Assembly (NCBI GenBank): GCA_051294905.1 | Contig: CM119378.1 | Location: 1,054,001 to 1,118,000, forward strand | Direction: 5' to 3' | DNA length: 64,000 bases | DNA from: Botryllus schlosseri | Lineage: Eukaryota | Part shown: piece after piece, positions 1-13,800 of the stretch | How positions within the stretch are numbered: the stretch's first letter is position 1 | Layout of the letters: every line of letters begins with the position of its first letter | Made by a program: the position numbers and the translations under genes | Notes under the pieces: model-generated | The model's input: the letters and a program-made list of their open reading frames with translations, nothing else | What the model was told of the DNA's origin: nothing | Databases searched by the model: none

Positions 1-313
1 TCCTAATCCGATTCCAACCGGAAATTCAGAAAAAAATACCAATTTATGCAATGGAGGGATTCGAAAATTTTCTTTCACAACCAACGATTCACTTGATTCA
101 AGATAACTTAGTAACCATAAGTACATTAATAACTGATCTGAATAAAGTTTGTCGCCATTCGCCACACGACATTTCAATCTCCCAGAAAATAGGTAAATCC
201 AATCCAAATCCTAATCCGGTCTGAAAAAAATGTCTAATCCAAATCCAATCCAAATCCTACAAAATTTCACAAATCCTGTTTTTTCAAAACCTAATCCTAA
301 TCCATGCTCAATT

Positions 314-900
314 TATAGAATGTAAACGTGGAATGGCAGCGACCGATTTTGCAGCTTCATTCCGCTTCGCTGAAGCTTTACTCCGACTTATTTTACGGCA
401 GCTACTGTAGAATTTCTGGCAATCCAAAAGTTGTCTTCCAGAGCTCAGAATTTACTGAATCCGGTCTTGATCGAAAGCTACTGTCGCACTGATTTCGAAA
501 ATATCAATCAAAATATGGTGAAGCACCGTACTGAGATGAAAAACCACCCTCAACATCTAAAATCTGCATTGTTCAGAACAATCGGATGACCGCAAAACAA
601 TGACCATAACAATGACCCATTGCGGCTCTTCGATTGTTCGGACAATGCCAATAATTCAGACTTGGAGGGCGAATTCTAATCGGTTCAGTGCCTGATCATA
701 TTTTTATTTATATTTTCGGAATCAGTGCGATAGTAGCTTTCGATCAAGACCAGATTCAGTAAATTCTGAGCTCTGGAAGACAATTTTTGGATTGCCAGAA
801 ATCCTACAGTAGCTGCCGTAAAATAAGTCTGAGTAAAGCTTCAGCGAAGCGGAACGAAGCTGCAAAATCGGTCGCTGCCATTCCATGTTTACATTCTATA
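314..900. mobile_element. ~590-bp foldback MITE (long imperfect inverted repeat, TA at both ends)
   Basis: 314-~585 is the reverse complement of ~630-900 (TATAGAATGTAAAC...GTTTACATTCTATA). Related fragments occur near 10980-11080 and 58290-58690. Confidence 0.85.
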
Positions 901-1308
901 CTCAATTGCTCATCTCTGGTGATCAATCCACAGAGTTGTCTTACTGTCACATATAGAAATGAAATAGGCATAGCCGGAAAAATACCAAATTATATTTATG
1001 TGGTAGACCTGGCATTATATTCTTGTTGTAGCATTAAAGGTACATATTTGAACTGCCCACATCGTTTATACTGTTATGACGTCATGTACTTGAATTCTCA
1101 ACTCCACGCCTAACACACGATTCAAAATCGAATCACTCAGGATTTTGCCCAGCCCTACTATAGTATCCATACTGCCAATCATCATTTCCTCGTATGCTTT
1201 TCTTACGTATTTATACCATGCGTTCCGCGATTTACCCAGCTGGTGTTTATCTGCCCCCTGAATTTAAGCAATCGTGTCGTGCTCTACTGATTCTTTTGCC
1301 ATTTCTGG

Positions 1309-1345
1309 CAGACGTTTCGGACATTCAGGGTCGATTCCTCAGATG
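1309..1345 (-). ncRNA. Degenerate Penelope-type minimal hammerhead-like motif
   Basis: The minus strand reads CUGAGGA-AUCGACCCUGAAUGUCC-GAAA-CG-UC, with a partial inverted copy (TGAGGAATCGACCC) at ~1475-1489. Stem I pairing is poor. Confidence 0.4.
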
Positions 1346-1919
1346 TTGGTTAACGCCTGATCATTGATTAGCACCTCTATTTGATCACGATTCTAGTCCA
1401 CAGATCGTCCACAGATGCTTGACGTCACATGGTCTGATCACTGATTACTATTACATGTTAATTTGACCGCGATATGAGGAATCGACCCCTACTCTGTAAT
1501 GCGATCGCCGTTAACTCTGCTGTCATCGAGTGAGCAACCCAATCGTCATTTCTTCTGTCACTTTCCAAGATTGAGATGGATAAGACATGACTGTCAGGAT
1601 CCTGATAGGTGATAAGAATCGTAGGCCAAGGTGGATGTTTGATTTAAAAGACTAGCCCACGTCATTTCAACATCTTTTCATTCTATCGCAATCTTATGGT
1701 GTTTGAAAATGATAAAGAAAATTAAATAAGCGAACGAAGTGCATTTCTCTATGAACAAAATCCCTCAGGCCAAAGTAAATAATTGGTATCCGCGACTTCC
1801 CCGTTCGGTGCTCAGTATTTCTGGATAGCACGGAGGAGAGAAAATGTTGGCGCATACTCGACAATCTTACCAAAAAGGCCCTAACATCTCTACAGACACA
1901 TACGAGAAGAAACCCCATC

Positions 1920-1920
<1 letters not shown>

Positions 1921-1950
<30 letters not shown>
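1921..1950. repeat. (TC)n(AC)n compound microsatellite
   Basis: Directly visible in the sequence. Confidence 0.95.
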
Positions 1951-2274
1951 TAACCTACGTAGGTTAGTTATCTATAGATTATCACGAAGGTAACTATTTA
2001 TACTTCTATATATTCAAAGTATATATTTACGGCATTATTCCTACCTGCACTCGAGTATCATCAATGACTGCTTGCACCGCCTCTGCCGGCTAAATATGAA
2101 AAATTAATGTTCGAAACCTTGGTGATATATTCGACGCTCGTGGTATTCGAAGCTGTATTGACGATATCGCATCGCATTTGCAACTTGCAGCTCACTGCTC
2201 ATTGCTGACTGCTGAGTGCTGAGATGAGATAGCAAGCGCTTTTTTGCAATACATACATAACTTACGGCATTATC

Positions 2275-3504
2275 ATGGGCTTCGCGGCTGCAAACTCGAT
2301 GCATGTTCTTGTCGCATTTTGTACATATTCATCCGTGCTGTGCAACTCCTCTCCATATTCAATACAAGCAGTCTCAAAACGTGCGGTGGACTCGTATTTC
2401 GACGAGGACTATCCTTCCGCCATTCGCGATTTTGAGTCCGCCTTGATCCACTATCGCATGTTCAAAAGCATCGACTCAACTTGCGGTGTTAGATGCAAAT
2501 CTCCAAACATCAGCAAAGAGTTGGCAATGGATTTTAAAGGATTTAACGAACTCTACGCTTTCGGTAACTTGATTGCTCAAGCAAACTGCTTCAAGATTTG
2601 CAAAGAGGAGCATCCATTCACTAAAAAGAATATTGAGAGACCGAGAGAAGACTATGTACGTGATTTCGAATCAAGGCTACCTTATAATTACCTCCAATTT
2701 GCATACTGGAAAACTGGTCATGCAGAGAAAGCCTTACGAGCGGCGTACACTTTTTTACAAGCGAACCCAAACGATGATCAGATGAAAGAAAATATGAAAT
2801 ATTACGAATCGTCCAAAAACGATAAAAATTCGATGAAAGATTTAGAAGGTCGTCCATATAAAGATTTATTTCCAAAAGCAGTAAAACTTTATGAAGAACA
2901 GAAGTATGAAAAAGCAGTCACAAACTTTGAAGCAGCACTGAGTGATTATCTTGACGCTCTCGATGAATGTAAGGCTTTATGCCACGCTGAAAAAGACCCA
3001 GAAACATTCCATGGACTTGTTATGAGTGTCGCGTATAGATACAAACCAGTTTTTGAATGCGTGTCAACTTGTGAAGAAAAACTTCGACCGCTTTTTGAGG
3101 GTTCTTTTGTTGAAAAACTCGTGCCGCGAACGTACACTTATTTACAGTTTGCTTACTACAAGCAAGAAAAATATGGCAAAGCCGTTTCGGCAGCCGCTTC
3201 AGCGTTACTGATTGATAATACGGATGAAATATCCCTGAGTAACATGCAGTATTATACGGAAAGTTACCAAGAGCTCAAACTGGATAAGAAAGACTTTATT
3301 CCAAGGCCAGAAGCACAAAATTATCATGAAGAACTGAACCAACAAGCCATTATCTTCGAACTTATTACAGAAGCGACAGATTACTACGATGAAGGAGAAG
3401 CGCCAGACGAAGATGAATCCGTTCTTGGAGATCATTTGGTTCAAGAGATATCGCGGCAAATAGTGATGGCCATGTCTGAGAATTTACTCGGAGAAACTGG
3501 TTGA
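2275..3504 (+). CDS. CRTAP: CRTAP/P3H4(SC65)-like leprecan-family ER protein without a dioxygenase domain; single-exon CDS
   Basis: 409-aa ORF with a hydrophobic N-terminus, four CxxxC motifs (CGVRC, CFKIC, CKALC, CVSTC), the repeated PYNYLQFAYWK / YTYLQFAYYK and NMxYY motifs, and an acidic tail. CRTAP versus P3H4 orthology is unresolved. Confidence 0.88.
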   Translation: MGFAAANSMHVLVAFCTYSSVLCNSSPYSIQAVSKRAVDSYFDEDYPSAIRDFESALIHYRMFKSIDSTCGVRCKSPNISKELAMDFKGFNELYAFGNLIAQANCFKICKEEHPFTKKNIERPREDYVRDFESRLPYNYLQFAYWKTGHAEKALRAAYTFLQANPNDDQMKENMKYYESSKNDKNSMKDLEGRPYKDLFPKAVKLYEEQKYEKAVTNFEAALSDYLDALDECKALCHAEKDPETFHGLVMSVAYRYKPVFECVSTCEEKLRPLFEGSFVEKLVPRTYTYLQFAYYKQEKYGKAVSAAASALLIDNTDEISLSNMQYYTESYQELKLDKKDFIPRPEAQNYHEELNQQAIIFELITEATDYYDEGEAPDEDESVLGDHLVQEISRQIVMAMSENLLGETG

Positions 3505-4822
3505 TATGAATAGTGGGAAGCTGCCTATGATCAAGCTGATGTCTTGCGCGACAACTGTAGCACGGAAATGGAAACCAGTGGCGCGTAGTTGTATGGGAAC
3601 AAGCACTGGATTCATATTCGAACACGGATGTAAAACCAGTGAATTTTTTAATCACTAATAACGGTACAAAACTTGCGTTTGTGCTGCGAGATATTCATTT
3701 GCTACTTAATCAGCATATGTTGCATAAAAACCTTTTTATTGCTGCGAGAGATTCATTTGACTCCATAATCATATGTGTTGCATCAAAATTTTTATACTAC
3801 TGAACTACATAGCTATGTAATACTAACACTTTGTATTGTTTTTAAAAATGACATGCTTTTGTAATAAACATGCAACTTTCCTGGTTGGCACGAATCAAAC
3901 CGAGGATCAAACGTTTTTGCAAGGAATAGAACGTTTACAGAGGTGGTCAGTAATAAAGTCTGCCACACTCGCACACACTCTTTATAGTAGGCGCTATAAT
4001 AAGTTCTGTCGTATTCTGCAATTACTTGAGCGATTGTATTTATATACTATCAACAGTTTTTGTCACCCCATATCATGATAACAGATCATTTGTGGCTATA
4101 GCCACTTGTTGGCTACACAAATCTGGATTTCATCTGAAAGAATATCCTGTTTCTCTACTTTGTGCATGTAGTTTATCAATGCGCCGATTTGTCAGTAAAG
4201 CATTGCAGACCAGTGAGGGGGTCGCAGAGCAGATTTTGAGTACCCAACATATCAAATATGGGTTTGGAATGCGAGCAGACTCGGGCGACTAGATAATTCT
4301 AGTGATCTCGTCAGACTAATTCGAACGAAATGCTGGTAATCTAATTCTAATCTCATTCGTAAAACGTTTCTTCTATGCTCTCATGGTGATTCTAATTTCT
4401 GTTTTTTCTGGAAATGCTACCGAACGGTATAGTACGAAACAAGCCAAGCTCGGCGTACAGACATTTTCCGTTATCACGCATATGAGAATGAACTCTTCTT
4501 TCATATGAGCAGAACCTGATTTTTGTGGAATTTCTTTCTAAATAGGAATCGAATTCAATTTCCAGTAATTTTATATCGATTCGAATTTGGAAAAGCTGAA
4601 AATTTTCTAGTCTAACACTGAATGCCAGGACACTTGCCAAGGTTGTAAATATTGATTTATTAAAACCGTTCATGACCATTATTAATTCAATTATAATAAT
4701 TGCACCGATATACTATAGCATGTAAGAGCAAGTAAAAACGCTGCATGTTAAAGACCTCGACAGTACTGTAAAATTCTTGCAAAAGCCAGCGAGTGAAAAG
4801 AAGCGAATAAAACCTTCCTACA

Positions 4823-7800
4823 TCATAATAGAAACCTTCTTTTAGATTCATCGACCACCATTTTTGCGATTGCGAGAGACGATGTGGCAGCTGGCGACGG
4901 GGCATTGCGGACATGCAACATACGTTGACTCAGCTGGCCTGACCCGCTGTCAAAAATGAAATCGTCCACTAAATTTCCGTCCGTGTCAAGGGCTTGTGCG
5001 CGAACACCAGCAGGGCCCCTGGAAAGATTTCAAACGGTCACTGACAATCGGTCATTTATTGAAATTTTCGTCACATCAAAACACCAAAATATTGCAATAT
5101 ACTGAAAAAGATTATTGCAAATGGGAGCCCAACACGAAAGGTTTGTAAAAGTATCAACCATGTAGCTTTGAACGGTAGAGTAGGACAATCAAATCTACAT
5201 TTCAAAGTTGCTAGAAACATCTTTGACTCAAAAACAGCGATCCAAGTATCCTAAAGAACGTCGTGAATCCAAACTCGCGTAGAAGGAGCAACCTCCATAT
5301 CCCTAAGAAAATGAGTATTCTAGGCCTGGTATTGTTGAAAATACTGAAAACAGTAGCAGTGGAAGCTGTCTAAAAACACTGCCACTTGAGTGGATAGTGT
5401 CGGAAGACAAAACCTACGCGAGTACTTCGAAAAAGTAGGAGTACTTGGTTACTGACCTGGTCATAAGTCTGGTCTCTGGTCATACAAGCAGGAAGTACAA
5501 TTATTGGGAACATAATACAATAAATATAGATCACCTTTGCACATCTTCCACTCGCAGTTCAGGGATAAACCTTTGCAGTTTCTTGACTTGTAATCGCATG
5601 CTGGCAGCCCGACTGAGTTCACCGAGTCCAGCCCCGATGTGCTTCATGACAAGCTTTCGTAGCCCCCTGAAAATGTGGCCTGTTACATTGGCTCATGAAC
5701 CGAGTCTGACCAGATTTTTAAGCCGATACCGATAACCAGCACCTTCAACAATAAACCCTATATTCAAAAGATCTAGCATGTAGCATAAGGTGCATTTCCA
5801 AAACTGGAGCATTTATTTAAACAGCTTCACAGCCTTTGCAATGCTTGAGATGAAATAAACTAGAAAGGCTGCATCTGGACTATCAGGTAGGACTTCAATC
5901 AATATGATGTCTATCAGTATTTCCAGTGTAGCAGTGACAGATTATATAGCTCTCTGACCCCTTACTACCATGCTGTGATATCAGGAAAATTGTAAATATT
6001 TGTGCATCACTAATGGCCGATAACAGACTTACACAAACTAGCAATTTCGTTGGTTGGTGGTCAACTAACTAGTGTCATAGTGAGAAGTTCTAGTGCTAGT
6101 TGCGTATTCCAAAACATGTCTTCGTTGGTATGAATCGTGATACTAGTGATCAGTCGTTCTATGTTCTCGCAGACATTGCTAGCTCAGAGTGATCACTATG
6201 AACATGGGGTGGGTTTTGGCGGACGAAACCTCTCCCATTTCAAACTCATATTGATGTGCTTGTGGAAAGCTAGCCCGATTCCAATAAATTAAAAATTATC
6301 GAGTTACTTTGGAATTGAATCCAGTTCGAAGTGTTTTAGGTCGTTAGTTCTAGGTCTAGTTACGAGTTTAAAAAAGGGAGTAGTTCTAGCTCGAGTTTAC
6401 AAAAGGCAGTAGTTCTAGTTCTATTTGGGAATTTTTAAAATCACATACCTGAAAGTTGCAGCTTCGTAGCTGTCCTTAACGTCAAAGTCGAAGAAGTTGT
6501 ACCCTTCTCGTTTGAACGCGAGCAGAGCATTCGGCCCCAGCCAAACATCACCGTTCATTCGTGGAGTGAAGTGGAAGCCAAGAAAAGGCAGCGCTGGGTT
6601 AGGGACCTGAATATGATCGAGCTGTTGACTTTTTAACTGACATACAAAAGGGGTCAATCAAAGTGGTCAGTGTTGCTGTGAGTGCAAGCAAGCGAAAGGT
6701 GCTCGAGTACAGCGTTGTAAGGATTCGAGTCACGATAACTCGACTTGACTCAAGTCATTTTTTCAAATATGTAAAATGACTCGACTCGAGTCAATTTGCG
6801 TATTGACTCGACTTGTACTCGAGTCATTGAGCATGCAAACTAGGACGGCCAAGACAGACATTTCGTTGCAACTTCGAGCAATAGTAAAGTCACCGCATGA
6901 CTGGTATTTCGTCTATCCGTCCTGATACTTGGAAAATAGGGCCAGAAACTGTTAGGACTGAGGAAAATTACGATATTATGAATACGAGCCATTCTTTATC
7001 ACTCGAGCAGAGTTGAAAAGAGTGGGTTGAACTGAATTGAAATCAAAACTGAAAAGTGAACTCAATGACTTGGACTCCTCTGGTCACTGACTCGTACTTG
7101 ACTCGCTGGAGAATTGAAAACGACTCAACTTGACTCGAGTCACAACTATAAAAGTGAGATTGACTTGTGACTCGTAACCTCGCGACTTGGTTACAACCCT
7201 GATCGAGTGCTCCAACAAAGAACAAATACTTCTTTACTGACCATCGACCACCTCTGGTGACATCACAACAAAACTATGTGAAGAAACTCTTGGAGGTACA
7301 GAATTTCAGTATACGATTGAATAGTATATCCATATTGAAATGAACCCGGACATTTTCGGCTGACACTCGTCAGGGGTAGTCGTCAGCAACTAGTAGAGAA
7401 TTGGAAGATACTGTTGGAGGTAGAGAGCTTCAGTATACAAATGAATAATATATTCATACAGAAATAAACCTGAATAATTTCGACCAACGAATTGAATAAA
7501 CTATTTAATAGCACCGGAATGGAATTGTGTGCAATATGGCAATATTCTTACCGGGTATATATTCCCTCTGGCTAGGTGAGACATTTCAGGCTTGAGAACG
7601 AGATACTCTCCTCGGAAAGGCACAATTTTGGGAATGCTGTCACAACCCGATATGGTGGCTAGACGGTCGGAATATAAACCACCGCACGTAATCACGTACC
7701 GAGAGTGGACTTGTTGCTAAAATATCAGAGAGTTTAGCATCACATCGTGCATATTAGGGTTGGTCAAAATTGACCAGTTGATAAAATTAAATTGGTTGAA

Positions 7801-10800
7801 AAAACGTTGCACGCCGAATTTGGCTCAATTGCTACCTGTAGAAGCGGAGTTATGAATAGATAATATTACATTTATCATAAAATGAAATTTCAAAATTATA
7901 CAGGCTACTCAATGATAGTGTTAGGTTGTCTCTATAATTGTCCATGAAATTTTGAAAAATAGTGTTTACGGTGGTCGGTGGGTGATCATAGACTTTTCTA
8001 CCGTAGTTCTGCTGTAAATATATAGTTTTTCAAATCAATAATTTCCGACTTCGCTTCTACAGTGTTTTTAGCCAACCTAAAAATTATATAAACTACGGTA
8101 CCCAGTAAAATATCGAAAATAAAGTTATTCTTGAATAGCTCTAGTGTACAAATGCAAAGGAACTCACGTAATCATGGTTACCGATGATTGCGACTGGGTA
8201 ATCTGCGTCTGAAAAACAAAAGCCGAATGAAATATAATTTTTTTTATTTTGCTGACTTGTAGAAAAATTGTTGGGTTGCCTAAACAACGATGCACATCAA
8301 ATTGGCTCCCTTTTAATCTCTGGAGATCGATCAGTAACAAAATTTTAGGTTCTATGTTTTTTAAGAAATATTTTGCAAATTTTACAGGCTATCCCATGAA
8401 ATTGTTCCATTGTCTATAAAAGCAAACCTATTGCAGTAGCCCAGCTACATAATATAATTTCCCACTGTCAATACTACTTTTTTCAAATCAAAAATTTCCT
8501 ACTCCAATAACCTTGTGTGATTTACAAGTAACAGGGCTAATTTTCTCCAAAAACTGTTAAATAGAAGTAGGCCAGCCGTCGTCTAAAATCATAACCACCC
8601 GAGGCAAACCCCTAAAAGTAGAATTACTAATTTAATCTGTGAAATCCGGTTTCAACAACACGAAAAGCTGCCAAAGACACGACCAACCTGAACTCTGTTT
8701 GAAGTCTTCCACTTGATAGGCGAGCTTTATAGTACCTCCCTTTTTCTCAAATTCTTTGCCGTAAGTTCGAGCAACGAGGGCGTAATCAACAATACCCGTG
8801 TTCGGGGAGTGGATTGCTTTCAATCCCTTAACAGAAAGAAAATGAATGAACAAAGAATTCGTAGAGATCAAAGTATGTGATAAAAATAATAAAATATCAC
8901 AACATATGACTAGGGCTGGACTGAATCGAGTGTTAGGCTTTGACTCGAGTATTTGAGTATCATTAATTATCATGTCATGGGTAAGAATGATGTGGAAAGT
9001 TTAAATATGTCTTTTATGTCACCGCAAAGAAAATAATGCTTGTTCTATATCACATTAAACATAATCTGGTGGTTATTTTTAAACATACCTATTTCAATAC
9101 AATTTGCGACAATTGATCATGACGTCACAGAAACGTAGGGTTTGTAACCAAGTCACAAAGTTCCGAGTCACAAGTCAATCTCACTCTGGGGTTTTGACTC
9201 GAGTCAAGTCATTTTCGATTCACCAACAATAGGTTCGAGTCAGAGTCATAATGTTGAGACTCTAGTCCAGTGATTCCCAACCGCGGCCCCGAGGGCCGCA
9301 TGCGGCCCCCAGCTAGCCTTTCTGCGGCCCCCACAAAAATATTGAGAAATCGATTTATGAAAAGAAAATTATATTTATAAAATGCTCTTGCTTGGCTTGG
9401 AGTCTAAAGTTTTCAATTAGGATTGCAGGAAAGTTGTGAGTAGACTGCTAAGATTACGTCACTGCTGTTTCAATGCAATGTGCCCTAACTTTCCAGTTGA
9501 ACGAGCAGTACCTATAGATATAGGTATAGATACAGGTATTGACAGGACCGTAACTGCTGCACCCCAAGTCCCCCAATTGGGGGGAACGAGCTCGAAGGCG
9601 GCCCAAAATTATTTAGTGAATTAGCATGAATTATAAAGTATTTTATGAAATTTCATGCAACTTTTTCAAAAATTTTTCGCGCTGTGCGCGATTTCATGTT
9701 TCCAAGTACCTTCATTATTGCATACTCTTCCACTAAGATAAAATAAGCAAGATTTATATAAGTGGGCATATCGGCGTTGGCCATCACCGCATCACGACGC
9801 ACGAAGACATATAAAGTTTCAGGCCATATAACGTGCGACTCCAAGAAGTGTGCCAGAACGATCGACAGCGAGAAAACCTTGGCCGAAAAGGACTGCCCTT
9901 ACGCTGACCGGAAACTTCGTTATGTATATACAAAATACATATAGGTATAATTGACCATAGGCGCCTAAATGACTGACCCCAATATTCCTTGTCTTGGCAA
10001 TCTGAACCTCACGAGACAAATAGGCTACCATCCCGCAGGGAAGAATTATATGCCAGTGAAGAACTACCAATTTGAAATCGTGTGCATCTTTTAGTTTAGT
10101 ACGTTTGGGCGATTCTATATTTTTTGATATAGCAGACTGGAGGTCACGAAATACATCATGCAACGAAGTCGTACCAACGGGTCCGCCCGTCCCAATATGT
10201 TTAATTATTATTTACGGGCCCTACAGTTTCCAAGACACCTCACTCAGCTCTACCGGTAAATCTAATTACGTGAGCAGAGAGGACAAGTAATTGATAGCAA
10301 TATATATGCAATTCCCGATTTTATTGACCTATTTTATTTTGAATTATCGAAAATTTTCGCGCTCCACGCTGGCTCACTAAACGGTGATCCTGATTTCGTG
10401 GCAGAAGCGAACAACGGGACGGGGGGTCGGTTTATCACCCTATGGGAGCTCAAGACCAAAGTGTTTTGAGGGGCCTGACGGAGTGCTGTTTCGTTCCTGC
10501 CAACGTGTATACGCCCGAAGATGTTTACTTATTATTGAGTGGTCCTACCTTTTCAAACACAACTCACTCGGCTCAACCGGTCAATCTGATTACGTGAGGA
10601 GAGAGAGGGTAAAATTGATACCAATATATTTTCAATTCCCGATTATATTGACCGATTCAATCATGAATTATAGAAATTTTTCGCGCTTGGCGCGATTAGT
10701 CGAGGGAAGCTGCCTAAAACGGACACCCGATTTAGATGATAAATAGCGGTAAACAGCCATCTAGCCTGATGGGGCCAAGAGCAACGTTTGGGGTGGGGGT

Positions 10801-13800
10801 GACAAAGTGCTGTTACGGCCCTGGTATTGATAACTAATCAACGGATAGATGTGTAACGAGTGACTCACGATTGAATACGCCGAGATGCGTACTGCTTAGC
10901 AAAAACTGCATAATTGGTAGTCCTATAGCTCGCGATCCAAGCGTCCGAATAATCTGATATGACGGTGTTTATCGAAAGGAGGTGTCGCACTGATTCCAAA
11001 ATTACGAATTGAAATCTCGCCAGGTCAATAAAACTACTCCGAAATAGCCAGCAAAGGTTGATTGTTCTGAACAACGGGAGCGCGGCAACACAATGGCCAA
11101 TGGCGTCAAGCGAATGATCGCAACAATGCGAATTTTCATATTTTGGTGACTATTCTGGGTTCCTTTCATTGCCCTGGTATTCGTGCGGCCCCGACCATAC
11201 TCTGAATTTCGAAATTTGGCCCTGCCACCGAAAAAGGTTGGGAACCACTGCTCTAGTCCAAGTCATTTTGTTCAGCGTTTAGTTTCCACTTAAAGTCACG
11301 TCCAACCCACTGTTTTGCAACTATGCTGGAGTGATATCAAATGTATCACATTCATAATATACTAATTTCCTCACTCACAGTTTCTGGCCCTATTTTTCAA
11401 ATGCCAGTGCTCATATACGAATGATGAGGTAACTTTAACATTCTTCCAAGTTTCAAGCCTCAGTCATTCAATTGAAATCAGGTCGAGTCATCTAAAAATC
11501 GTGACTCGAGTTCAGTCATAACTCGAGTCATTACAACCCTGCAGAAACGTTATTTCCATTACCATGCTTAGCTTAGTGCCGCAGGTTTCGTATGCTGTGA
11601 TGCGACCGATTGAGGTTTCGAGGCTTCCATATTGGGAAAGTATCAAAACCGACAATTTTCTTTGATAACTTAACACGTAGTGGGAAAGGACATAATACAA
11701 TTAAATAGTATATTCATATTGAAATGAACCCGAATATTTTCGGCTGACACTCGCCAGGGGTAATCGTCAGCAACTAGTAGAGAATTGGAAAGAACATTGT
11801 ATATCAACAATCGTATCACAAAATATGACGTCACCAGCATGAAATTTCGAATGAGAGAGCGTTCAATGTACTATTTTTAGGCGGCACACGAACTCCTTTT
11901 GTTGACAGAGTTTTGGTTGGTGTATTTTTTATTGTACCAAAACTCTGTCAACAAAAGGAGTTCGTGTACCGCCTAAAAATGGTACATTGAACGCTCTCTC
12001 ATTCGAAATTTCATGCTGGTGACGTCATATTTTGTGATACGATTGTTGATATACAATGTTCTTTCCGATTCTCTACTAGTTGCTGACGATTACCCCTGAC
12101 GAGTGTCAGCCGAAAATATTCAGGTTCATTTCAATATGAATATACTATTTAATTGTATATTGAAGTTCTGTACCTCCAAGAAGCTATTCGAAAGGACATA
12201 TCGTCGCTGTAGACTCGAAGTAGCTAATGTCGATTCCACACATTTTGAGAAAATTGACTTTATGTAAAGTTGTCATTTTCTTTCGGCCATACCTAGGCCA
12301 TAAATAATAATATGAAAATTTAACAATAACTTGATTTTCTGTCAATTTGAAAAATGGGTCTCAAAATTTGAAAAAAATAGACATAAGCTACTTTGTTTCA
12401 ACAGCGACGATATAATTTAGGTATTCAAAAAAATATCTTCACTACTCTACTCAAATTATTACAATTATTACACTTTTCGGATTCGAGTCCAGCCCTACAG
12501 TACAAAACTTATGACTCATTCAATGGAAATTCAAAAGCACTCACCCTGCAATGAGGTTCGAAGGTTTGAATGTCTTTTCCTTCCACGATAGAAACGGTAC
12601 AGCCATTCTCCAGAGCTCTCGCGTAGAGATTATCTAGCCGCGGAATTTCCTCGGCCTCGGTTGCGACAATCAACTGAAGAGAATGATGCGAATCGGGTCA
12701 AAATTTGTTAGTTGGACCGATTCAAATACAAAATGTCTCGCTCTCGCTCAAATAACACAAAAAACGGACTTCTTATCAGACTCGGAAAAGTAGATAATTT
12801 TAGTTGTCTACTTAGACAGTGAAATGCTGGTAATCTAATTCTAGTCTAATTGGTTAAATGCTTCTATGCTACATGAGAACTGTATAGCGCGAAACAAGCC
12901 AAACTCGCTGTACAGATATTTGCCATTTTAATCCTTACGAGAATCAACTCCGTGATTTGATATGAAGTGAACTTGATTTTTTTTGTATTTCAGTCTAATT
13001 CTGAATTGAAGTCAATTTCCACCAGTAATGCTAATCCTAAGCTAATTTGGAAACAACTGTAGGCAGTATACAGTATAATTCTAATTCTAATGTAACTGGG
13101 AAAAGATGAAAATATTCTAGCTGCACAACTCTGCTTGTTACCAAATATATGTAGCCGACAGAACAGGTACAGGTATATTTACTTTTTAGTTTCGTGGAAA
13201 TCACTCTTCGTTATTGTACTCGTGTAAAAATTTATGGCGTTACTTCAACTTCGATCCAAATACCAACTGCTCTGAGACATCTCTGCAGAAATGAAATGCG
13301 ACCAGCACTATTCACTCGACTGGGGATGATTTTAGATGACTTGCACTTCTACTGTAGTGTAGCTATTGATAGATTCAGCCTATTAGGTGCACCTTGCCGC
13401 ACTTCTTGTAAGGCACGCGATGTTCATCACAGAAGTCATAAAGCATCTTCAGTCCTTCAACACAGAGTTTGGCTTTGAGAGTTCCAGGTTTGTAATATAT
13501 GCCGGCGTGAATCACGCCGCTGTTATGACCCGTTTGATGAATACCTGAAAATGTGCAACGATATGTCACATTTTGGTCCGGAAAATCTCGAGTGCAGACT
13601 AGTGAGTACAATTGGTTAGATATAAGACATATGTATTAAAATTTACCCGGATATTTTTGGCTGATGCTAATCTGGGGTAACCGTGAGCGACTAGTAGAAA
13701 ATTGACAAGAACATTTTATAACAACAGTCGTACCGTACCATGAATTATGAGATCACAGGCAGGGTTGTAATGACTCGAGTCCCGATTTTTAGGCGACTCA

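Larger units (their letters stand above)
9136..11541. mobile_element. hAT-like MITE (GACTCGAGTC family), interrupted
   Basis: Perfect 8-bp TSD CAGAAACG at 9128-9135 and 11542-11549. Confidence 0.85.
8911..12498. mobile_element. Outer MITE (TAGGGCTGG TIR family) hosting nested insertions
   Basis: TAGGGCTGGACTGAATC...GATTCGAGTCCAGCCCTA termini, related to 56444-56955. No TSD is evident. Confidence 0.65.
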
